In this document: in pieces, positions 30,166 to 41,894 of the stretch
How the letters are laid out: every line of letters begins with the position of its first letter
Numbering within the stretch: position 1 is the stretch's first letter
NCBI GenBank assembly: GCA_963734495.1
Contig: CAVTHK010000001.1
Location: forward strand, 160,001-224,000
Direction: 5' to 3'
DNA: 64,000 nt
Origin: an uncultured Spirochaetota bacterium
Lineage (GTDB): Bacteria; Spirochaetota; Spirochaetia; SZUA-6; CAVTHK01
Program-made: the position numbers and the translations under genes
The notes under the pieces: model-generated
What the model was told of the DNA's origin: nothing
Database searches by the model: none
Seen by the model: only the letters and a program-made list of their open reading frames with translations

Positions 30166-32340
30166 TCAGTCTCCCCGTCTGCCGGCCATCGCCTGCAGCC
30201 TGGCCGCGATCGTCTGATCATCGAGCAGGGCCGCGGATTCCAGGGCGCGGGACACGGGATTCGGGATGTCGAGGGAAGCGAGGCACCCGGGAGGGCCGTC
30301 CAGCTCGTCGAAGAATCGCCCGGTGATCTGCGCCGCGATCCGTTCTCCGATGGCCTGGCCGGCGGCCGCACCCTCCACGATCGCCACGGCGCCCGTCTTT
30401 CGCAGCGAGGCGCCGATCGTGTCCCAGTCGATGCTCGCCATATCGAGGCTTCTGAGGTCGATGATCTCCATGCTCACTCCCTGCGCCTCGAGCGCGGGGG
30501 CGAGCGCCTCCAGCCGTCCTACCATCGCCGAATAGGCGAGCACGGTGATGTCGCTGCCGGCGCGAACGATGCGCGCCTTCCCGAACGGGATGCAGTAGTC
30601 CAGATCGTTTTCGGGGATGGGAAACGACCGGGGGTACAGGCTGTAGTGCTCGAAAACGACGACGGGATCGAGCGAGTGCATCGCGGTGTTGAAGAGCCCG
30701 ACGTATTCGAAGGCATCGCTGGGAGCAACGATGCGCCAGCCGGAGAAGGCGGCGAACAGCCCGACCGGATCCATCGAGTGCTGGCCGCCGTACCCGAAGC
30801 CGGTGGAGACCCGCGTACGCAGCACCAGGGGAAGGTCGGTGGTCCCGCCGTACATGTGGCGCGCCTTGGCGATCTGGTTGAAGACCTGGTCCGCGGCAAC
30901 GAGCGTGAAGTCGGGGAACATGATCTCGATGATGGGTTTCGCGCCCGACATCGCGGCCCCGAGCCCCACGCCCGTGAAGCCGCATTCGGAAATCGGGGTG
31001 TTGATGAGCCGGCCCGGGAACCGCGCGGGCAGGCCCTTGGTGGCTCCGTAGGAACCGCCCCCGAAGTTGGCGACCTCTTCGCCGATCACGAAGACACGGG
31101 GATCCTTTTCCATCCAGCGTCCGGCCACCGCCGCGACGGCATCGGAGTACCGGATGTCGCGAAAGCGCGAGAAGTCCGACCGCTCGTGGTAGGCGAGGCC
31201 TTCGAGCTCCCTCGCCGAGCTGCGAAGCCCGGAGGCGACGCCGGCCTTGTCGGGCCACAATTCGACCCGCACCTGGAGCTTCTCGCCCCGGATGGCACAC
31301 AGGTCGACGGCCGTCTCGACCGCCGTTTCGGCCATGCCGCGGATTCGCGCTACGGCGGCGTCGGTGAGGAGGCCCGCCCGCACCAGGGATTCCGGATACC
31401 GGGAATACGCATCCCTGCTCAGCCACTCGGTCTCTTCTTCCTTGCTGCGGTAGCCGAACGCGCTCCCCTTGAGGTCCCCGCCATGGTGGTAGTGGCGGTA
31501 GCAGCGAGCCTCGACGAGGAAGGGTCCCTCGCCTGCCCGGATGCGGGAAGCGGCGTCGCGCATGCATGCGTAGACGCCGGGGACGTCGTAGCCGTGGACG
31601 ACGCGCCCGTGCATCGCCTTGGCGGCGGCGTGAATCGACAATTCGGGCACGGCACAGGCGTCTCTCACCGCCGTGGCGACCGCGTACTGGTTGTTCTCGA
31701 CGAAATAGACGATCGGAAGCTTCCACAGTCCCGCGAGGTTGGCGGCCTCGTGGAACGCACCCTGGTTGACGGCGCCGTCGCCAAAGAAGGCGACCACGAT
31801 ATGGCCGCTCCCCGCGCGCTTCGCTGCCAGGGCCGCGCCGGTAGCCAGAGGGATACCCCCTCCGACGATCGCGTTCGTGCCCAGGACACCCGACGCAATG
31901 TTGCGAAGATGCATGGAGCCGCCGCGGCCGCCGCAGTAGCCGGCCGCGAGCCCCATGATCTCCGCGAGTGTCCGGTTGACAACCTCCTGCCCTGCCGCCG
32001 GGAGATCCTCGGTTCGCGGGTCCCACCCCGCGGGGAGAACGGCGTTCATGGTCTTGGCGAGAAACTGATGGTGGGCCCTGTGGCTCGCGCTGATCTGGTC
32101 TTCGGTGGTGAGGGCCGCCATCGCGGCCGCTGCCACCGCCTCCTGCCCGATGCTGATGTGGATGGGGCCGTTGACGCAGTCGTCCTGCTTGAGCCTGATC
32201 ACGCTTCGTTCGAATGCGTTGATGAGGTAGATCTCGAAGAGCACCCGCACGGCCGTGAGGGGGTCCATCGCGCCGACATCGCTCCCGGCGGACCGCCACT
32301 CCTCCCAATCGAAATCGACGCTGAGCTTCTCGCGAGTCAT
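30166..32340 (-). CDS. ThDP-dependent 2-oxoacid/acetoin dehydrogenase E1, fused alpha+beta
   Basis: HISIGQEA, GRGGSMH, FFGDGAVNQG..ENN; NTPISE, EIMFPDF, GGQHS, EIIDLRSL. Confidence 0.92.
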   Translation of the reverse strand: MTREKLSVDFDWEEWRSAGSDVGAMDPLTAVRVLFEIYLINAFERSVIRLKQDDCVNGPIHISIGQEAVAAAAMAALTTEDQISASHRAHHQFLAKTMNAVLPAGWDPRTEDLPAAGQEVVNRTLAEIMGLAAGYCGGRGGSMHLRNIASGVLGTNAIVGGGIPLATGAALAAKRAGSGHIVVAFFGDGAVNQGAFHEAANLAGLWKLPIVYFVENNQYAVATAVRDACAVPELSIHAAAKAMHGRVVHGYDVPGVYACMRDAASRIRAGEGPFLVEARCYRHYHHGGDLKGSAFGYRSKEEETEWLSRDAYSRYPESLVRAGLLTDAAVARIRGMAETAVETAVDLCAIRGEKLQVRVELWPDKAGVASGLRSSARELEGLAYHERSDFSRFRDIRYSDAVAAVAGRWMEKDPRVFVIGEEVANFGGGSYGATKGLPARFPGRLINTPISECGFTGVGLGAAMSGAKPIIEIMFPDFTLVAADQVFNQIAKARHMYGGTTDLPLVLRTRVSTGFGYGGQHSMDPVGLFAAFSGWRIVAPSDAFEYVGLFNTAMHSLDPVVVFEHYSLYPRSFPIPENDLDYCIPFGKARIVRAGSDITVLAYSAMVGRLEALAPALEAQGVSMEIIDLRSLDMASIDWDTIGASLRKTGAVAIVEGAAAGQAIGERIAAQITGRFFDELDGPPGCLASLDIPNPVSRALESAALLDDQTIAARLQAMAGRRGD

Positions 32341-32425
32341 TGCGGCCCCTCCCCGGCAGATGCGGTCGACGGACAGCCTAGGAGTGCAGCGGCAGGTCGT
32401 CAAGATCTGATATGATCAGAGCAAG

Positions 32426-33497
32426 ATGAAGGCAACACCCGGGCTCCTCGAGCTCGCAGACGGCCGCAGGGTCGCGAAGCCCGACTGGGCCGAGCGCCGC
32501 AGGGAGCTGCATGCGGCGATCGTCGAGCACGAGTACGGCGGGATGCCGCCCGCGCCGAAGGGCACGACTGTCGAGCTCCTGTGCAGCTCGACGATCAGGA
32601 GCGAAGGCGGCGTCGGGTTCCGCACCTACGAGGTCCGCTGCGATTTCGACCGCGGCCGCGAGCTCGCGTTCTCGCTGAACCTGTGGGTGCCGCCGGGCGA
32701 CGGCCCGTTCGCCGTGGTGCTCGACGGCGACGGCTGCTGGCGCTACCTTCAACGACGACATCGTCCGGCGGGTGATCGCGCGGGGAGCCATCGCCGCCTC
32801 GTTCAACCGGACCGCGATGGCCGCGGACAACGGCGAACGCCATCGCCAGACGGGCCTCTACCGGATCTTCCCCGAGGCGTCGTTCGGCGTGCTGGCGGCC
32901 TGGGCCTGGGGCTATCACCGGTGCGTCGACGCGCTGGGAACCCTCGGCTTCGTGCGGTCCGACCAGATCGCCATCACCGGTCACTCGCGCGGAGGGAAGA
33001 CGGTGCTCCTCGCGGGCGCGACCGACGAGCGGATCGCCCTGACCAACCCCAACGACTCGGGCACCGGCGGCTCCGGGCTCAACAGGCTCAAGGGCAGGGG
33101 CGCGGAGGTGATCGACGACTTCTTCCGGTCGGGCAACATCTTCTGGTTCGGCAAGGGCTTCGCGGAGCACCGCAATCGGGATGCCGAGCTGCCGTACGAT
33201 CAGCACTACCTGCACGCCCTGATCGCGCCGAGGGCGCTGCTCGTCAACGAGGCCCATGGCGACGCGTGGGCGAACCCGCCGGGATCGTACGCGGCCTGCC
33301 TGGCGGCCCGCGAGGCGTACGAGCTGCTGGGCGCCCGCGACGCGATCGGCTGGTCGTTCCGGGAGGGGGCCCACGGGCACACGCCCGAAGACTTCGACGC
33401 GCTGCTGGATTTCGTGGACCTGCGCTTCTCCGGCAAACGGCCCGTGCGCGGATTCCAGCGCGAAGTGTTCTGCGACCTCGACGCGCAGCTCACCTGA
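32426..33497 (+). CDS. CE15 glucuronoyl-esterase-like alpha/beta hydrolase; frameshift near 32750
   Basis: WAERRREL..EYGGMPP; AAWAWGYHRCVDAL, GHSRGGK, SGTGG, LPYDQHYLHALIAPR, DAWANP, REGAH. Confidence 0.85.
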
Positions 33498-33539
33498 TGA
33501 GCGGGGCCACGGTTGAAAAACCCTGCGGCGTGCCGTAGG

Positions 33540-35328
33540 ATGCAGCCAGCCCCTCGGGGGATAGCCTCTGAGACTCAGAAGCATTCGGTCCAAACTGCTC
33601 TTCTCGTTCATCTCCGTCATCCTCCTGCCTCTCCTTACCCTTGGCGTGCTCGGCTCGTACCTCTCGGCGAGGACGCTGGAGAGCGAAGCCACCAGCAACA
33701 CGTGGCAGCTCATCAGGCAGGTCACACGAAGCATCGAGTCCTCGATCCGTCAGACCGAGAGCATCATCGCCGTCGTCGACGCCGATCCCGACGTGCAGGC
33801 GTTCATGGCCTTCCAGGGCTCGGCGCAGCCGTTTTCGCCCGGGGCGGAGGCCGCGGCCCGGCAGCTCCTGCGCTCCATCTCGAATGCGCATCCCGAGATC
33901 GCCGGGATCCTTGTCGTGAGCGCCGACAACCGTCCGCTGAGCAACGAGATCCAGCCCATCACGCGCGATCCGCTGACCGAGGAGAGCTGGTACAGGGCGG
34001 CGGTGGACAACCCGGGCAGCGTCAGGCTGCTGTCGCGACCCATCGGGCGCAACCTGCGGAGCAGCCGCGAATACAGCGCCGACGACGTCGTGTCCATCGT
34101 CAAGGCGGTCGTCGATCCCCGCACTACCCGGGTCAGGGGCGTCGTCCTCATCGACCTGCGCCTCGAGGTCATGGAGGCTATCTTCGCCGACCTGACCGTC
34201 GGCCTGGGCGGGTTCCTCTTTATCCAGGCGCCGGGCGCCGCCATCGTCTACACGCCGGTGAACCCGATCGTGTACCGGGTCCGCGACGAATGGCTCGGCG
34301 TTCCCCGGGCGATCAGCGTCCGGCGCATCAAGGGCGCGGACTACCAGATCGTCTCGCAGTGGTCCGACTACACCCAGTGGAAGACGGTGGGGGTGTTCCC
34401 CCTGAACGAAATCATGAGCCAGGTGAGCAGCATCCGCACCTCTTCGCTGATCATCGCCGGCATGACGGTGCTCGTGGCCCTGGTCGTCTCGGTCTTCTTG
34501 ACCGGCGGGATCGCGCGCCCGGTGATCGAGCTGCGCTCGCTGATGAAGGAGGCGCAGGACGGAAACCTCAGCGTCCGCTACAAGGGCCGCCAGGAGGACG
34601 AGATCGGCTATCTCGGCAAGAGCTTCAACGCGATGATCGAGGAGGTTCAGAAGCTGCTCGACATGGTCTACCGCGAGCAGCAGAGCAAGCGGGAGGCCGA
34701 GCTCAAGATCCTCCAGGAGCAGATCAAGCCGCACTTTCTGTACAACACGCTCGACACGATCCAGTGGATGGCCCAGCAGCACGGCGCGCAGGATATCGTG
34801 AAGATCGTGGGCGCCCTCACGAGCCTGTTTCGGATCGGGCTTTCCCGCGGCAGGGAAATGATCAGCGTGAGCGAGGAGCTCGAGCACGTGCGGAGCTACC
34901 TCATCATCCAGAAGGCGCGCTACGAGAACAAGTTCGATTTCGAGCTGCGCACCGACGACGACGTGGCCTCCCTCATGGTGCTCAAGGTCACGCTCCAGCC
35001 TCTGGTGGAGAACGCGATCTACCACGGCATCAAGGAGAGGCGCGGCCATGGCTCCATCCTCGTCGAGGCGCGGCGCGAAGACGGGATGCTCCTCATGCGG
35101 GTGACGGACGATGGAGTGGGCATGAGCCCGGCCAGGCTCGAGGAGATCCGGGCTCTCCTCGCGGCGAGCCCGTCTCCCGCGGGCGCGCTCGCGGGATATG
35201 GCATTCACAACGTTCACGAACGGATCCAGCTCTCCTTTGGCAGCCGCTACGGCCTGCGCTTCGAGAGCGAGCGCGACCGGGGCACGACCGTGGAGATCCT
35301 CCATCCGCTCGTCACCGCCGGAGGGTGA
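33540..35328 (+). CDS. YesM/LytS-type sensor histidine kinase (Cache-HAMP); probable frameshift near 33560
   Basis: DEIGYLGKSFNAM, LQEQIKPHFLYNTL, LQPLVENAIYHG, DDGVGM, GYGIHNVHERI; first TM SIRSKLLFSFISVILLP lies upstream of the listed start. Confidence 0.92.
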
Positions 35329-35332
35329 GTCG

Positions 35333-36538
35333 ATGTGGAAGGTGATGATCGCGGACGATGAGCCGAAGATCCGCCGGGGACTCAGGGCCGCGATCGAGCG
35401 CATCCGGCCCGACATGAAAGTGGTGGCGGAGGCCGAGGACGGCGAGGAGGCGCTCGCGCTGGTGCGGAAGGAGCAGCCGGACATCCTCATGATCGATGTG
35501 CGGATGCCGTTCCTGAACGGCCTCGAGCTGATCGAGAAGGTCGGCGGCGAGGCGGGCGACTGCATCATCATCGTGGTGTCCGGCCACGACGAGTTCCAGT
35601 ATGCCCAGCGCGCGCTCCAGCTCAAGGTCTTCGAGTATCTCCTGAAGCCCGTGCCCGAGGACTTGCTGACCGCGGTGCTGGCCCGAGCCGAAGAGGCGCT
35701 CGCCGCCACCCGGCGCCAGCGCCAGTACCTCGGCTGGGCCCGCGAGCAGCTCGAGCGCAATCTCCCTCTCCTGCGGGAGCAGTTCCTGCGCGACTGGGCG
35801 AGGGGACGGCTCTCTGCGGTCGAGATCAACGAGCAGGCCCCGTTCCTCGGTGTGCGGGTGAGCGGTCCCGCCGCGATGGCCGTCGTCCACATCGTGGACC
35901 GGGCGGTCGCCACGGCGCCTTCGGAGGAGCGGGAACGCCGGATTGCCCTGTTTGCGATCCGTTCCGTCGTGGAGGAGACCCTGGCGGAGCTCGCCCCTCT
36001 GACGGTGTTCAGTGACGACAGGGACGACATCGTGGTCATCTGCGGGGCAGGCGGCGGGAAGACCTGGATCGAGGCGCCGGTGAAGATCGAGCAACGTGTC
36101 GTGCCCAGCCTGTGCCAGGCGCTGATCGTCGTGCAGGCTTCGGTCCCGGAAGCCCTGCACGGGGTGCCCGAAACGTACGAGACGCTCAGCGCGGAAGTGG
36201 CCAGGCGGTGCGGCCACCGGTCGCTTGTCGAGCTTGCTCAGCGCTACATCGACGCCCACTACGACGAGCCGACCCTTTCGCTCGAGGAGGTGGCCTCTTC
36301 GGCCAGGATCAGTCCCGGCTACCTCAGCAGGCTGCTCAAGCTGGAGACCGGATTCTCCTTCGTGGAGTACCTCACGCGGGTCCGCATCAACAGTGCGATC
36401 GAGATGATGAACGACCCCGCGGTAAAGGTATACGAAGTGGCCGAAGCAGTCGGCTACCAGAGCCAGCACTATTTCAGCCGGGCATTCAAGCGGGTGTTCG
36501 GCCGGCCTCCCGTGGAATACCGACAAGCCCGCACATGA
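35333..36538 (+). CDS. YesN-type response regulator (REC + AraC helix-turn-helix)
   Basis: MWKVMIADDE, DVRMP, YLLKP; YLSRLLK..VAEAVGY..YFSRAFK. Confidence 0.95.
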   Translation: MWKVMIADDEPKIRRGLRAAIERIRPDMKVVAEAEDGEEALALVRKEQPDILMIDVRMPFLNGLELIEKVGGEAGDCIIIVVSGHDEFQYAQRALQLKVFEYLLKPVPEDLLTAVLARAEEALAATRRQRQYLGWAREQLERNLPLLREQFLRDWARGRLSAVEINEQAPFLGVRVSGPAAMAVVHIVDRAVATAPSEERERRIALFAIRSVVEETLAELAPLTVFSDDRDDIVVICGAGGGKTWIEAPVKIEQRVVPSLCQALIVVQASVPEALHGVPETYETLSAEVARRCGHRSLVELAQRYIDAHYDEPTLSLEEVASSARISPGYLSRLLKLETGFSFVEYLTRVRINSAIEMMNDPAVKVYEVAEAVGYQSQHYFSRAFKRVFGRPPVEYRQART

Positions 36539-38386
36539 AAGCCCGCACCCCCCTTCTGCTGCCGCTGCTGTTCGCCATGGCGGCCTGCCGGCCTTCGACC
36601 GATCCGAAGGCCTTCGACTACGTGATCGGTGTATCGATGGCCAACCTCACGGAACCGTGGCGCATCAACATGCGGGACGAGATCATGGCGGAGGCACGCC
36701 GGCACCGTGACCTGCGCATCGTGTTCACCGACGCCGCCGATTCCAGCGGCCGGCAGATCCAGGACGTGCACACCCTGCTCGGTTCGGGCATCGACCTGCT
36801 CATCATCTCGCCGAACGAGTCCGAGGCGCTTTCGCCGGTGATCGCCGAGGCGTACCAGAGGGTTCCCGTGATCCTGCTGGATCGGTCCGTGATCGGGTTC
36901 GACTACACCCTCTTTATCGGCCCGGACAATCGGCTCATAGGAAAGCAGGCCGGGCAGTACGTGAGAGAGCTCCTCGGCCCGAAGGGGGGAAAGATCGTCG
37001 AGATCCTGGGGCGGTCCGGCTCTCCGCCGGTTCTGGATCGCAGCGTCGGCTTCCGCGAGGCCCTGGCGCAGCAGGACGACATAGCGGTCGTGGACACGCT
37101 CGTGGGAGACTGGCTGCGCGACAAGGCCGAAGACGAGCTTGCGGCCTGGCTCCGAGCGGGCGGCCGCGTGGACGTGGTGTTCGCGCACAACGACGCCATG
37201 GCCGACGGCGCGCGCAGGGCAGCCGCGAAGCTGGGCATCCGCGGCATACGCGTGGTCGGCATCGACGGGCTGCCAGGCCCCGACGGCGGCATCGAGATGG
37301 TCAGGCGCGGCGCACTCTCCGCGACTTTTACCTGCCCCACGGGAGGCAAGGAAGCCGTCATCTACGCCCTCGACATCCTGCATCACGAAGAGGGAATCCC
37401 GAAGAAGATGATCCTCAGGACCTCGCTGGTGACACCCGAGACGATCGAGCGGGGCGCTCTCGCCGCCTCGCCGCGCGCCGCGTCTGCCCGGGCCGGAGCG
37501 CCGGATCGTGCTGGGATTCGCACAGGTCGGCAAGGAAAGCGACTGGCGCCTGGCGAACACGGAGTCGATCAAGACGGCGGCCCGGCAGGCCGGGATCGAC
37601 CTGATCTTCGTGGACTCGGAGCAGCAGCCGGAAAAGCAGCTCGAAGCGGTCCGCTCCTTCATCGCCCGCGGCGTGGACATCATTTCCTTCTCGCCGATCG
37701 TCGAATCGGGCTGGGAGCCGGTGCTGCGCGAAGCCAGGGCCGCGGGAATCCCGGTGTTCATCACCGACCGTGCGGTCGACGTCAAAGACGAGTCTCTCTG
37801 GGTGACCCTGATGGGCTCGGATTTCGTCGAAGAAGGCAGGCGCGCGGCGCGCTGGCTGATCGCCACCCTCAAGACGGACGCGCCGGTCAACATCGTGGAG
37901 CTTCAGGGCACGATCGGGTCCGCTCCGGCCATCGACCGCAAGATCGGCTTCGAAGAGGTCCTGAAGGACCATCCCAACTACCGGATCATCGTGTCCCGCA
38001 GCGGCGACTTCTTCCGCAGCGTCGGAAAGGAAGTCATGCAGCAGATACTCAAGGACCTCGCAGCCGACGGCCGCAGGATGGACGTCCTGTTCGCCCACAA
38101 CGACGACATGGCCATCGGCGCCATCGCGGCGATGGAAGCCGCGGGGATGAAGCCCGGCAAGGATGTCGTCATCGTTTCGGTGGACGGGATCCGCGACGCC
38201 TTCAAGGCCATGATTGCCGGCAAGCTCAATTGCTCCGTGGAGTGCAGCCCCCTGCTCGGCCCGCAGCTGATGAAGGCGGTCAAGGACTTCGCCTCGGGCG
38301 AGGAGCTGCCGGTGCGCATCGTCACTTCGGAGGTCGTGTTCCCCGCCGCGGTCGCGCGCGCCGTCCTGCCGACCCGCAAGTACTGA
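36535..38386 (+). CDS. Tandem two-domain sugar-binding lipoprotein (RbsB-like plus YtfQ-like); frameshift near 37490
   Basis: Lipobox-like FAMAAC; domain 1 IGVSMANLTEPWR..AHNDAMA; domain 2 LGFAQVGKESDWRLANT..AHNDDMA..VECSPLLGP, with no own signal peptide. Confidence 0.75.
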
Positions 38387-38520
38387 GCCGCCCACGCCAG
38401 GGTCGCGGTCCCGTTCGCCGCCGCCCCGCGCGTCGGCCGAAAAGTACACGAAATAGCGGAATCGTCTAAATACAACTCGACCCGGGCATGCTACACCCGC
38501 ACATGGGGAGGAGCAGTGCC

Positions 38521-39156
38521 ATGCGGAAGATTCTTCGAGGTGTGTGGGCGCCGTTGATCCTCTTGCTGACGACGGCGGCAGGCGCGTTCGCGCAAGCGGC
38601 GGGCAGCGTGACCTGCGTGGGCGTGTACTCGGAGACCGCCGCCGGATCCGTCAGCTACAGGGTCGGCAGAGGCGAGTGGGTCGCGATCAAAGTGGGCGAC
38701 AAGATCCCCGCCGCCGCTCAGATCAGGATCAACGTGGACAGGGACTGGGTGGAGCTCACTCCCTCGGGCAAACCGGACACGGTCTACGAAATCCAGGGGC
38801 CCGAACGGGGAGAGAAGCTGCTGTCGGTCACCGACATCCTCAAGGGCAGCCCGCGGACGGTCTCTTTCCCGAGCGGCACCAGGAGCAGGCCCGACCCGAA
38901 GTTCCAGGACAAGCTCGTCGTCACGCAGTACCTGGGGAGACAGATCTACATGACGAGCAACGGCAGCACGCGAGACATCAAGTACGGCGACGTCCTGGAG
39001 CTGGGAGGCAAGGTCACCATCATCGCCATCAACAACACCATCACGCTGATGAATGCCGGCGGCGAGGTGACGACCGTGATCGGACCGCTGAAGTTCGAAG
39101 TGGAACAGGTGCTCCACAACGAGAAACTTTACAAGTTCCTGAACGTCCCAAGATAG
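38521..39156 (+). CDS. Secreted hypothetical beta-rich protein
   Basis: Signal peptide MRKILRGVWAPLILLLTTAAGAFA; GGAGGAG RBS. Confidence 0.75.
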   Translation: MRKILRGVWAPLILLLTTAAGAFAQAAGSVTCVGVYSETAAGSVSYRVGRGEWVAIKVGDKIPAAAQIRINVDRDWVELTPSGKPDTVYEIQGPERGEKLLSVTDILKGSPRTVSFPSGTRSRPDPKFQDKLVVTQYLGRQIYMTSNGSTRDIKYGDVLELGGKVTIIAINNTITLMNAGGEVTTVIGPLKFEVEQVLHNEKLYKFLNVPR

Positions 39157-39281
39157 CAGCGCACAAGGAGGTCGGGGAGGAGAGAGGGGAAAGAAGGCCA
39201 GATCGTTTGAGGCTTTTCCCCGCCGGTCACCCGTCGGGGAAAAGGGACATCGCCGGAAGGCACGGCTCAAGGGAGGATTGC

Positions 39282-40257
39282 ATGAAGAAATGGGGAAAGA
39301 TTCTCGCGCTGATCGCGGTGGCGATGGTTGCGATTTCGGTCACCGCGTTCGCGCAGCCCAAGCAGTGGGTCGTCGGGTTTTCGCAGATCGGCTCCGAGAG
39401 CGAATGGAGGACCGCCGATACCATCTCCGTCCAGAACGCGTTTCTTGAAGACCCGAGCTTCACCCTGATCTACTCCGACGCTCAGCAGAGGCAGGAGAAC
39501 CAGATCAAGGCGATGCGGTCTTTCATCGCAAGAAGGGTCGACTGCATCCTGTTCACGGCGCTCGTCGAGACCGGCTATGGCCCCGTGCTCCAGGAAGCGA
39601 AGCGGGCCGGAATCCCCGTCGTCATGATCGACCGCGACGTCGCCAAGGAAGACCAGGGGTTGAGGCTCACGATCATGGGATCCGACTTCGTCAAGGAAGG
39701 CGAGAAGGCCGGCAACTGGCTCGCCGACTACCTGCAGAAGAAGGGTCTCGACGACGGCAGGAAGACCATGAACATCGTCGAGCTGCAGGGGACCACCGGA
39801 TCGGCGCCTGCCATCGAAAGGAAGACCGGCTTTGCCAACATCATGGCCAGGCATTCCAACTGGAAGCTCACGCCGCTCCCAGACCGGCAACTTCACCAGC
39901 TCCGAGGGCAAGCAGGTCATGGAGGCCTTCCTCAAGGCTGACAAGAACATCGAGGTCCTGTACGCCCACAACGACCAGATGGCCCTTGGCGCGATCCAGG
40001 CGATCAAGGAAGCGGGCCTCAAGCCCGGCAAGGACATCATCATCGTCGGCGTGGACGCCGTGAAGGGCGCCTTCGAAGCGATGGTCGCCGGCGAGATGAA
40101 CGCCTCGATCGAATGCAGCCCGCTCCTCGGCCCCCAGGCGGTGCAGGCGATCCGGGACCTGCGGGACGGCAAGAAGCTCCCCGCGCGGATCTACACGATC
40201 GAGGGCATCTTCGACGAGACCAACGCAGCCGCGGCGCTGCCTACCCGCCAGTATTGA
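39282..40257 (+). CDS. ytfQ: Sugar ABC substrate-binding protein, YtfQ (galactofuranose)-like; frameshift near 39870
   Basis: VGFSQIGSESEWRTADT, DAQQRQENQIKAMRSFIA, ELQGTTGSAPAIERK; then SQTGNFT..AHNDQMA..IECSPLLGP. Confidence 0.85.
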
Positions 40258-40279
40258 TTTCGCTCACTCCGTGATGTAA

Positions 40280-40310
40280 GACCACCCCGGGGATCCGCCC
40301 CGGGGTGGTC
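40280..40310 (+). terminator. Strong stem-loop after the SBP gene
   Basis: GACCACCCCGGGG-atccg-CCCCGGGGTGGTC. Confidence 0.6.
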
Positions 40311-40363
40311 CTTCTTCCAGCCCGGCGGGTGCCCGCGAGGACAGCAAAGAGGAGGCGTGAGGT

Positions 40364-41892
40364 ATGTCCGAGAACGCTCCCATTCTCGAGATGAGGAAGA
40401 TCAACAAGCACTTCCCGGGCGTGAAGGCGTTGTCCGAGGTGAACTTCCGCCTCTTCAAGGGCGAGGTGCACGCGATCATGGGCCAGAACGGCGCCGGCAA
40501 GTCGACCCTGGTCAAGGTGCTCACGGGAGTCTACCGGCACGATTCAGGGGAGATGCTCCTCGAGGGCAGGCCGATCAGGCCGGACTCGCCCATGGCGGCG
40601 CAGCGGCTGGGGATCAGCACGGTATACCAGGAGATCAACCTCTGCCCGAACCTCTCGGTGGCGGAGAACGTCTTTATCGGACGGCAACCGATCAAGGCAG
40701 GGCGCATCGACTGGAAGGAGCTCAATCGCAGGGCGGACGAGTCGCTGAAGAGACTGAACGTCGCGGTCGACGTGACGCAGCCGCTCTCCTCGTATTCCAT
40801 CGCGATCCAGCAGATGGTTGCCATCGTGCGCGTGCTGGGCACTTCGTCGAGAATACTGATCCTGGATGAGCCCACCTCCAGCCTCGACGAGGCCGAAGTG
40901 GATCAGCTGTTCAAGGTCATCCGCAAGCTGCGCGACGACGGTCTGGCGATCGTGTTCATCACCCACTTTCTCGACCAGACCTACCGGATCTCGGACCGGA
41001 TCACGATCCTGAAGAACGGAGAGCTGGTCGGAGAGTACAGGCCGGAGGAGCTCCCCAAGGTGGAGCTGATCGCGAAGATGCTCGGAAAGGAGTTGTCCGA
41101 GTTCAGCTTCGCCGTGACGGGTGAGGACAGGAAGAAGGAAGGCGCGAGAGCCGCCAGGGACTCGAAGAGCGTCCTGACGGTCAAGGACCTCGGGCTGGAG
41201 GGCTCGATCGCCCCGTTCAGCCTCGACCTGGACGAAGGAGACGTGCTCGGGCCTGGCGGGACTCCTGGGCTCCGGGAAGAACGGAGATGGCCCGCCTCAT
41301 CTTCGGGATCGACGGGGCCAATCAGGGCGAGATCCACGTGAAGGGGAAGAAGACGCGCATCAACACCCCCCGCAGCGCGATGCTGGCCGGAATGGGTTTC
41401 TGCTCCGAGGATCGCAAGAACGAAGGCATCTTCCCCGAGCTGACGGTCCGCGAGAACATCGTCCTGGCCCTGCAGGGGAGACGGGGCGTCTTCCGCTACA
41501 TACCCAGGCAGAAGCAGCTCGAGATGGCCGACGAGCTGATCAGGTCTCTCGCCATCAAGACGCCCGGCGCGAACAACGAAGCCGGCCAGTTGAGCGGAGG
41601 CAACCAGCAGAAGCTGATGCTGGCGCGCTGGCTGGCCACCAACCCGATCATCCTCATCCTCGACGAGCCGACCCGCGGCATCGACGTCGGAGCCAAGCTG
41701 GAGATCATGGAGCTGATCCTGAACATGAGCCGCCAGGGCATGGGCCTCATATTCATCTCCTCGGAGTTCGAAGAGATCGTCCGCTGCAGCACGAGGGTCG
41801 CGGTCCTGAAGGACAAGGCGAAGGTGGCCGAGCTGAGCGGCGACGAAATCAGCGAAGGCGCCATCATGCACACCATCGCGGGGGGGAGATAG
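40364..41892 (+). CDS. ytfR: Sugar ABC ATP-binding protein (two NBDs, YtfR-like); frameshifts at 41250-41290
   Basis: GQNGAGKSTL, ILDEPT; SEDRK, LSGGNQQK, LDEPTRGIDVGAK. Confidence 0.9.
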
Positions 41893-41894
41893 CC

